Made by a program: the position numbers and the translations under genes
In this document: piece after piece, positions 57,244 through 64,000 of the stretch
Numbering within the stretch: position 1 is the first letter of the stretch
Layout of the letters: each line of letters starts with the position of its first letter
The notes under the pieces: generated by a model
The model's database searches: none
Seen by the model: only the letters and a program-made list of their open reading frames with translations
What the model was told of the DNA's origin: nothing
Origin: a virus
Taxonomy: Duplodnaviria; Caudoviricetes
IMG/VR virus record: IMGVR_UViG_3300010163_000009
Span: 43,198 to 107,197 of that record
Length of the DNA stretch: 64,000 nt
Reading direction: 5' to 3' (one strand)

Positions 57244-57855
57244 ATGAACGAATTACAGAATTTGGATAAGCTCACGAAAGCGAGCATTGAATTGAGTGAA
57301 GCAGCCAGCAATTATGGTGCACTGAAAGTTATCTTCGGCGTGTTCCTTTTAGTTTTTCTGTTATTGGTGCTGCTGTTCGTATGGCAGTTGCTCTCAACGC
57401 AGGGTAAATTGGCTACAATAGAAAAGGCGAGCAACAAAAGTATGGAATACTTTGCATCGTTGAGTGACCATACAATCGGCAAGGAAGAAGCGAAGATGAT
57501 AGTACGCGAGAGTTTCAATCGGAGCGAGGCCCTGATAAAATACTATATCCTTAAAATCAGGTTGGAGAACCATACGGCTGACAAGGCATTTACGGAAGAT
57601 AAGATACGATCGCTCGTTGACAATGACTTTTCATCGCGTAGAGTATTCCTTTCCCGCTTTGCCTGCCACGGACATCCTATCAGCTTCACGGCAACTATTG
57701 ACGATAATTCTGCCATCACAAAACTGATGCAAGACTGGGTGTATAAGGATGAGAAGAATTTCACAGTCAGTCTTATGGCACAAGCCGTCAGCTTGTATTA
57801 TGACGGTATTAAAATTAATGCGCAAGGGAAAATAGATGATATTTCAGTGGAATAA
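57244..57855 (+). CDS. Single-TM membrane protein, putative holin
   Basis: One long hydrophobic helix (VIFGVFLLVFLLLVLLFVW) plus a soluble C-domain; lysis context. Confidence 0.5.
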   Translation: MNELQNLDKLTKASIELSEAASNYGALKVIFGVFLLVFLLLVLLFVWQLLSTQGKLATIEKASNKSMEYFASLSDHTIGKEEAKMIVRESFNRSEALIKYYILKIRLENHTADKAFTEDKIRSLVDNDFSSRRVFLSRFACHGHPISFTATIDDNSAITKLMQDWVYKDEKNFTVSLMAQAVSLYYDGIKINAQGKIDDISVE

Positions 57856-57857
57856 AA

Positions 57858-58058
57858 ATGAAACCTGGGGATAAAATCAGAATCCTTCCATCTTTCTCTT
57901 TGTCAGAGTTAAAATTGGAAGCACTCGTTGGATTGACTGCGACAATCGTTGAAGTAAACGGAGATTTTAATGGCTTTAGAGGTTGCTGGGTAATGCTTTC
58001 AGGAAAATACCTTGGAGAGCGAGAGTGGTATATCCCCTATAATTCAATAGGAGTATGA
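57858..58058 (+). CDS. Small hypothetical protein (KOW/SH3-like)
   Basis: KPGDKIRI...G....IVEV motif. Confidence 0.5.
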   Translation: MKPGDKIRILPSFSLSELKLEALVGLTATIVEVNGDFNGFRGCWVMLSGKYLGEREWYIPYNSIGV

Positions 58059-58573
58059 GATTTAACTCGTTTTTAACCGGATGTGTTATAACTTTAGTAA
58101 TAGTGGCTTGTATCGCTTGGTTTTATCATGAACGCCAAAAATATGTAATGGCATCTTCAGAAAAAACAACTGAGACTGTGTATGATACAATACAAGTTTT
58201 TATAGACACGCCCATACTGAGAGATAGTATGGTTATTCGGTATGCTACGGTCACTTTACCGGTGTATGACACAATCAAGATACATCATGCTGACACGCTT
58301 TTTTCTAACAGTGTATCTGTCACGTTACCGATTACTCAGAAAGTCTATAAGGACTCGACTTACGAGGCTTGGGTAAGCGGGTATATGCCGGTTTTGGATA
58401 GCATCAGGATATTTCAACCGATGACAACTATCACAAATACCATATCCAATACAGAGATTAGGTATAGGCAGAAACGTTGGGGGTTGGGAGTACAAGTTGG
58501 CATAGGAGTCATCTCAGGTAAAATAGATCCTTATGTTGGCATTGGTGTGTCATACAATATTTTTTCTTGGTAA
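58055..58573 (+). CDS. Putative spanin-like lysis protein
   Basis: N-terminal TM helix, Thr/Val-rich linker, C-terminal amphipathic beta hairpin ending in Trp; next to the endolysin. Confidence 0.5.
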   Translation: MRFNSFLTGCVITLVIVACIAWFYHERQKYVMASSEKTTETVYDTIQVFIDTPILRDSMVIRYATVTLPVYDTIKIHHADTLFSNSVSVTLPITQKVYKDSTYEAWVSGYMPVLDSIRIFQPMTTITNTISNTEIRYRQKRWGLGVQVGIGVISGKIDPYVGIGVSYNIFSW

Positions 58574-58608
58574 AACTCACCCAATACTATTTTATCAAAG
58601 CTATTCTT
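58574..58608 (+). promoter_or_regulatory. Putative phage late promoter
   Basis: CACCC 58578-58582, N18, CTATTCTT 58601-58608. Confidence 0.75.
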
Positions 58609-58631
58609 TAATGAAGTAAAAATTCAAGCAC

Positions 58632-59264
58632 ATGAAAATATTGATTGATAATGGCCACGGCATAAACACTTCTGGTAAGTGTTCGCCTGATAAACAATAT
58701 AAAGAGTACGCCCATGCACGGAAATTGGCTGCTGCCATTGTTAACGGCTTGGTCAATAAAGGCTATGATGCAGAGTTGCTTGTTCCTGAAACTACGGACG
58801 TGCCACTTAAAGAGCGTTGCCTAAGAGTTAATAGCTGGTGCGATAAATTAGGCACTAAAAACGTCATTATGGTTTCTGTCCATTCCAATGCCGGAGGGAA
58901 TGGTCAATGGGTCAATGCCCGAGGCTGGAGCGTTTGGACAAGTCCGGGAAAGACAAAAGCAGATGATTTAGCAACGTGCATTTATAATGCGGCGGACATT
59001 TGCTTGGCAGATTATAAGCAGTTGTTCACTGCTGAAGATACGGCCCGTCACCAAAAAGCCATGCGAGCCGATTGGAGTGACGGAGACCCTGATTATGAAG
59101 CCAACTTTTATATTTTGGTACATACCAAATGCCCTGCGGTATTGACCGAGAATTTGTTCCACGACAATAAAACGGATTTGGCATTTCTCACATCAGATGC
59201 CGGTGTAACGGCGATTGTCAACGCTCATGTTCAGGGTATAATGCAATATGTAAAATCACTCTAA
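58632..59264 (+). CDS. Endolysin, N-acetylmuramoyl-L-alanine amidase (Amidase_3)
   Basis: IDNGHG, E, SVHSNA and PAVLTEN motifs. Confidence 0.93.
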   Translation: MKILIDNGHGINTSGKCSPDKQYKEYAHARKLAAAIVNGLVNKGYDAELLVPETTDVPLKERCLRVNSWCDKLGTKNVIMVSVHSNAGGNGQWVNARGWSVWTSPGKTKADDLATCIYNAADICLADYKQLFTAEDTARHQKAMRADWSDGDPDYEANFYILVHTKCPAVLTENLFHDNKTDLAFLTSDAGVTAIVNAHVQGIMQYVKSL

Positions 59265-59276
59265 AATAGATAAAAT

Positions 59277-59609
59277 ATGGAATTACACATCATCGACCGA
59301 ATCTCTATTCCGTCAATTCTCCCATCGGAGAACTCGTTCATGGATTATAATCTGAAACGTTCAATCATCAAGAAGGTTGGCATCAATAAGAATGATGTCG
59401 AGAAGTACAAAATCAAAGAGGACACGGAGAACAGACGTACCACATGGGACATAAACATTGACCGCGAAAATCCTCTTGTGGTTGATTTCACAGCGCAGGA
59501 ACTGGCTTATTTGAAAAGCGCCTGTGAGAAGCTCTCAGACACACCAGCCCCGGACTATCTTTGGGACACAGTAGAAAAAATATACGAAGCCGCACAAGTA
59601 ACGGCATAG
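59277..59609 (+). CDS. Hypothetical protein
   Basis: 110-aa ORF after the endolysin. Confidence 0.6.
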   Translation: MELHIIDRISIPSILPSENSFMDYNLKRSIIKKVGINKNDVEKYKIKEDTENRRTTWDINIDRENPLVVDFTAQELAYLKSACEKLSDTPAPDYLWDTVEKIYEAAQVTA

Positions 59610-59643
59610 TTTTTCTTGATTCCTGATATATCCATAAACGCCA

Positions 59644-59675
59644 GAGGCGTATTCAATGAGAATTGGATACGCCTC
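59644..59675 (+). terminator. Hairpin after lysis operon
   Basis: GAGGCGTATTCAAT / ATTGGATACGCCTC stem; poor T-tail. Confidence 0.5.
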
Positions 59676-59700
59676 ACTTATATGGGTAAAGCCGATAATT

Positions 59701-59734
59701 TTTAACTCCTTGAAGATTGTACTTTTCTATTCTT
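59701..59734 (+). promoter_or_regulatory. Putative phage late promoter (variant)
   Basis: AACTCC, then CTATTCTT 59727-59734 (CC at 17-nt spacing). Confidence 0.55.
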
Positions 59735-59751
59735 CATAAAAGATATGATTT

Positions 59752-60057
59752 ATGAAGAAAGAAATAGACAACAAGACCCGTGGAAAAGCCATCGGATTCC
59801 TGATTTGGTTTAGGAATCAATACAAGGTCTGGACTAACGATACCTATTACAAGATAGCCGAAAAGTATGGACAGTGCAATTACGGAACGTGCCGCAACCT
59901 TCTGTTTGAACTTGTGGATGCAGGTTACATTACGGTATGGAATGACGGAATCCACAAACGCAGGTTTTATCTGAATCAGGAGAAGTACAACGAATTAGTT
60001 AACCCTTTTATTTTCAGGAAGCATGATACCCGGATTGAAGGAACGCGAGCCGATTGA
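59752..60057 (+). CDS. Small winged-helix-like DNA-binding protein
   Basis: IAEKYG.C.YGT.RNLL.ELVDAGYI...RRFY pattern. Confidence 0.6.
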   Translation: MKKEIDNKTRGKAIGFLIWFRNQYKVWTNDTYYKIAEKYGQCNYGTCRNLLFELVDAGYITVWNDGIHKRRFYLNQEKYNELVNPFIFRKHDTRIEGTRAD

Positions 60058-61237
60058 AATTCCTTTCGGTAATAGTTGCAAACTACTTGTACATATTCCT
60101 ACCTCATTCTATACGATGAATGAGGCTGATGAAATTTGCAGAAATCTTAGGAAACAAGGCTATCATTGTGGAGTGATATATGAGTATTGCTATCGTGGTA
60201 ATGGTAAAAAGTATATAGGGCAAACGATGTGTCCCAAGCACCGCCATTTAACACATCTTCATTCAGCACAAAATTGCAAAAGCAATAGTGCTTGGAGTCA
60301 GGCACTCAAAAAATACGGAATTACGTGGTTTGATTACCAAATACTTGAGATTGTTTCAGACCTTGACGAGCAACACTTCCATGAACTATTAGATGAGCGA
60401 GAAAAATATTTCATTGAGCTACACCTCTCTTCTGTCAGGATACATGGGTATAATGTTTCCACTGGTGGGACAAAGCGTCCGACTAAATCTACAGTTGAAA
60501 AACCGGTGGATATGTTTGATGATGAAGGAAACTATATAAAGACATTTCCATCATTGTCTAAAGCGAGTGCTGCATTTGGATTTTCCGGTCCGACGATTCG
60601 TCAGGTTTGTAATCATGTTCACCATATTGCTGGAGGGTACTTATGGGCTTGGCATGGCGAACCTCCTGTAATTCCACCATCTAAAAATAAAATATATGCC
60701 TACGATGAAGATGGACGATATTTGGCTGAATACGAAAATATGTACGACGCATCTAAGAAGTTAGGATGCACTTATGCCAACATATACAACGCTTTTAGGG
60801 ACAAATATCGTCTTTGTCATGGAATGTATTGGCGTGACTATAAAGCCGGCCAAATTCCTTTGTCTGATTTTCCTAAAGCTGTCTATGCGTATGATTGCAA
60901 TGGAAAATTTGTAAAAGGGTTTATCAATCTGACTAAAGCTAAAGAATTTATAGGAGATGCACAATCCAGCAATATAAGCCATGCGATAATTAACAAGACT
61001 GCACATAAAGGATATTTATGGCGTACTGAATATTATGAAAGAATTGATCCTACAGATGGTCGTTTCATAAATAAAGTCCCAGTGATTGCCATCTTCCCGG
61101 ATGGAAGCCAAAAACGATATGAAATGATTAAGGATGCAGCAGCTGATAACTGCGTAGCCACATCAAGCGTTCAACGCTCCATTAAACATGCGACCAAGAC
61201 AGCAACAGGTTTTCGGTTTATTCGAGCGAATGATTAA
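60023..61237 (+). mobile_element. Free-standing GIY-YIG homing endonuclease with NUMOD1-type repeats
   Basis: GVIY...YIGQT and ERE..FI...GYN motifs; four KPV..FD.EG.YI..F.S...A-type repeats. Confidence 0.88.
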
Positions 61238-61249
61238 ATTGGATAAAAC

Positions 61250-62839
61250 ATGCAAGTAAAAGGGTTAAAACATCCAGGCAATATAACAATCAATTTCACA
61301 CCATCAAAAAGGCAGTTGGAATTGTGGAAACTTCTGCAACCTAACTGTTGTCCTCACTGTGGTAGTGAGATTGAAATAAAATTGTCATCGTATGACCAAA
61401 AAGGATTACCGGTTTACGCTCCTGTATGTAAAAAATGCGGGTCTGATGAACTTCCTCAGATAATCTTAGGGGGTGGAGCCGGTGGTGGCGGGAAAAGTTA
61501 CGTTGGTAGTTGCTGGGTAATTATCAACTGTTTGCGATTCCCAGAATTGAAAGCTGTGGTTGCTCGTAAAACCATTAAAGCCCTGAAAGGGTCAACCTTC
61601 AACACCATCAAACTCGTGCTTAGAACATGGGGACTGGAGGAAGGTGTAAACTATAAAATCAACAATTTGGATGGTATAGTCACATTCTACAATGGCTCAA
61701 CAATCTCATTGATAGAATTGGAAGACTTGCCTTCCGATGTGGAGTTTGAACGTCTTGGTTCAAATGAATGGTCTATCGGTTTTGTTGATGAATGTAGTCA
61801 AATTTCCGAAAAAGCTGTTGAAGTGTTGTTTTCTCGATTACGATGGAATATCGCTGATACGTTTATCTATCCCCGTTTGCTTCTTACCACTAACCCTTGC
61901 ATGAATTGGGTTCGCTCAAGATTTGTGCAAGACGAAGAAGGGAATAAGGTTAAATGTTCAAAGCATGATGCTTATGTTCAGTTTACGGTTTACGATAATC
62001 CTAACAAACAATTTGTTGCAACATATCGTGCCTCTTTGGATAAAATCAGTGATGTTGTTACAAGAAACCGCATCTTATACGGGAACTGGGATTTCATTGC
62101 TTCTAATGAAGCGGCTGCATATTGGAATTTTGATGGAAACAAACACTTGATTACGGAGCTTCGAGAAAAGGCATACGATCCGCTAAAGCCTCTCATACTT
62201 AGTTTTGACTTTAATGTTGCGCCTTATATGAGTTGCCTCATTGCACAAATGGATTACGAAAACCATAAGGTGTATGTAATTGAAGAGGTTGTCGGTCGTC
62301 CTGAAGCCAAAGAGAACAACACTCCGAAATTTGCTGAGAAAATTAAAAGTAAATTGCTTGAAATAGGACATATTGGAGGCATAGTTGTTACAGGAGACCC
62401 GGCAGGAATGGCACGTTCAACCACAACGGAAGAAGGCGTTAACAATTATTCTATTATTATGTCCGTGCTTGATATTCCTCAACTTCGCCCTAAAAAGAAG
62501 CTTCTCAGCAAACAGCCAGCTCAAAAGACCCGTCTTGAATTTGTCAATTCTGTATTAGCCGGTAAAGAAGGTTGGGATATTCTTATTGACCTCCGTTGTC
62601 GTAAATTAACTGAGGACCTTATTAACCAGCGCAAGGAAATGGACGGCTCGAAATCAAAGGCAAAAGTCATGGATTCCAAGCTCGGTATAAAATATGAGAA
62701 ATACGGCCATTTTTCTGACACCTTGGACTATCTGCTGGTACTATTCTTAAATGAACCTTGGAGGAAGTTCAACGCGTCGGGAAGTTCAGGAATAACGACT
62801 TTCAACGGTACGCCAATCTACGGTTCCTTTGAATATTAA
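61250..62839 (+). CDS. Terminase large subunit
   Basis: GGGAGGGKS, FVDE, TTNP, SFDFN, GDPAG and HFSDTLDY motifs. Confidence 0.93.
   Translation: MQVKGLKHPGNITINFTPSKRQLELWKLLQPNCCPHCGSEIEIKLSSYDQKGLPVYAPVCKKCGSDELPQIILGGGAGGGGKSYVGSCWVIINCLRFPELKAVVARKTIKALKGSTFNTIKLVLRTWGLEEGVNYKINNLDGIVTFYNGSTISLIELEDLPSDVEFERLGSNEWSIGFVDECSQISEKAVEVLFSRLRWNIADTFIYPRLLLTTNPCMNWVRSRFVQDEEGNKVKCSKHDAYVQFTVYDNPNKQFVATYRASLDKISDVVTRNRILYGNWDFIASNEAAAYWNFDGNKHLITELREKAYDPLKPLILSFDFNVAPYMSCLIAQMDYENHKVYVIEEVVGRPEAKENNTPKFAEKIKSKLLEIGHIGGIVVTGDPAGMARSTTTEEGVNNYSIIMSVLDIPQLRPKKKLLSKQPAQKTRLEFVNSVLAGKEGWDILIDLRCRKLTEDLINQRKEMDGSKSKAKVMDSKLGIKYEKYGHFSDTLDYLLVLFLNEPWRKFNASGSSGITTFNGTPIYGSFEY
62711..62748 (+). promoter_or_regulatory. 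Putative late promoter inside terL 3' end
   Basis: ACACC 62718-62722, N18, CTATTCTT 62741-62748, about 105 nt before the next gene. Confidence 0.65.
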
Positions 62840-62851
62840 ACGGCATTGACT

Positions 62852-63874
62852 ATGTATCAAAGATTTCTCAACAACGAAGACTACACGAGCCAGATTTCGG
62901 ACGAGCTGTTCGACCAGCTTATCCGTAAGAAACAGATTCGTGTAAATCAGGCAGAGGAAGCTGCTGAAACTTCCATTGTCGAGTATCTTACCGACAATTA
63001 CGAGGTGGAGAAAGCACTGGAAGTGGGCAAGAACCTCCGAGAGTACAATCCGCGCATAACATATCCGGTCGGCGTTCACTTTTACCATGAAGGAAAGATC
63101 GTGGAAGCCTTGCGTTCCATCAATGGAATCAAAGCACCGGCACTCGTGGAATATTGGCTGGAATGTGAAGATGTGGAACGGATAGATCGTGACTCCATTA
63201 AGACTTATTCCCAGCTTCTCAACTACCATCCGGGTGATTTGGTGTATTTTTCAGGTGTCGTGTATGAGTGTCTGGAACATAACGGATTAGATTATTCGGA
63301 CATTCGCATACCTGGCATAAACGCATGGGAACATGTGGAGACGACATCTTGGGAGCCTAATGTGGAATACGGGCTTTGGGCGGTCGTTGAATGGGATGGC
63401 AGATTCTTCGCGCTTCTTACCACAGAAGACATAGACCTTACCGTCAACCCGATGGAGTCCGACAACTGGGGTCTGATAGGCGACTATGATCCTGAATACA
63501 AGTATGAGTTCAAGGACACCGAGTATGTGGTCTCCGGAGGTAAGGTGTGGATTCCAACCATGCTTCCTATTGCAGATGAACTCAAAGAGGGGTACAATTT
63601 CCGCTATCACGACCCTCGTAACCCGAATATCAAAAAGCACATGGTCAGGATAGCCTTGTATGAGTTGCACAAATTGATTTCCCCCAATAATATAAGCACA
63701 GCTCGCATAACAGACTATGAAACATCTATGCGATGGCTGCATGATGCCAACCGGTGCAAAATCAATCCTCAGATTCAGCGCAAGCTGGACGATGAGAAGA
63801 AGCCTGTCAGTGAAATCGCTATGGCAACATTCCAACGCGACTACGACCCATATAAAAATCCGTGGCAGATTTAG
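62852..63874 (+). CDS. Head-tail adaptor (Mu gp36/DUF1320-like) with inserted CBM5/12-like repeats
   Basis: N-terminal FL..EDY...AE..A....YL...Y and C-terminal RNP.I......IALYEL.......R...Y.....WL halves flank four aromatic repeats. Confidence 0.7.
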   Translation: MYQRFLNNEDYTSQISDELFDQLIRKKQIRVNQAEEAAETSIVEYLTDNYEVEKALEVGKNLREYNPRITYPVGVHFYHEGKIVEALRSINGIKAPALVEYWLECEDVERIDRDSIKTYSQLLNYHPGDLVYFSGVVYECLEHNGLDYSDIRIPGINAWEHVETTSWEPNVEYGLWAVVEWDGRFFALLTTEDIDLTVNPMESDNWGLIGDYDPEYKYEFKDTEYVVSGGKVWIPTMLPIADELKEGYNFRYHDPRNPNIKKHMVRIALYELHKLISPNNISTARITDYETSMRWLHDANRCKINPQIQRKLDDEKKPVSEIAMATFQRDYDPYKNPWQI

Positions 63875-63905
63875 TGCGACCGCCTGGAACAACCCCGACA
63901 AGGTG

Positions 63906-63941
63906 CGAATCCCCAGCCATTTCGGTCGGGGATTCGTTTTT
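63906..63941 (+). terminator. Rho-independent terminator
   Basis: CGAATCCCC / GGGGATTCG stem followed by TTTTT. Confidence 0.8.
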
Positions 63942-64000
63942 CTATACCGCCCAAATAGGTAGTATAGAACTTGTATCTGTATAATTTGTTCTTATGATAT

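Noticed and set aside
63287-63901. 204-aa minus-strand ORF
   Set aside because: Antisense to the adaptor gene in a locally GC-richer stretch; no recognisable domain.
1-64000. Stop-codon reassignment, tRNA/rRNA genes, CRISPR array, integrase or att sites
   Set aside because: Genes are full length in the standard code, with TAA, TAG and TGA all used as stops. No such elements were recognisable by eye.

Overview
This window is 64 kb of a tailed dsDNA phage with a contractile tail (myovirus). Every credible gene is on the + strand. The host is very likely a Bacteroidota/Bacteroidales bacterium, based on a canonical TTTG-N19-TAnnTTTG promoter and Bacteroidales-phage-type protein families. Gene order: head (ClpP-like protease/scaffold, major capsid); sheath, tube, frameshifting chaperone and tape measure; baseplate and tail proteins; a complete diversity-generating retroelement (DGR: 2184-aa target, avd, TR, RT); further baseplate and fibre genes; nucleotide metabolism (ThyX-like, NrdD/NrdG); recombination and replication (SSB, SbcCD, RuvC-like, ECF-like sigma, DnaB-like helicase, primase, two-piece DnaE with a Pif1-like helicase between the halves, GMP-kinase-like, DnaQ-like); TerS and lysis genes; GIY-YIG endonuclease; TerL; head-tail adaptor. 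No portal, integrase, tRNA, rRNA or CRISPR was seen. Highlights: (1) DnaE is split exactly at PER-x|S-x-PD by what looks like a catalytically dead split intein (C1>G, no block-B His, terminal N>G), possibly kept as a non-splicing dimerisation module. (2) A strict CC-N18-CTATTCTT motif precedes the late operons and is a candidate promoter for the phage's own sigma factor. (3) The DGR shows 14/14 adenine-specific TR/VR mismatches, a base-paired RNA scaffold around TR, a variant RT (FVDD, TQ), and a target carrying a CotH-like kinase domain. All calls come from reading motifs by eye; no database searches were run.
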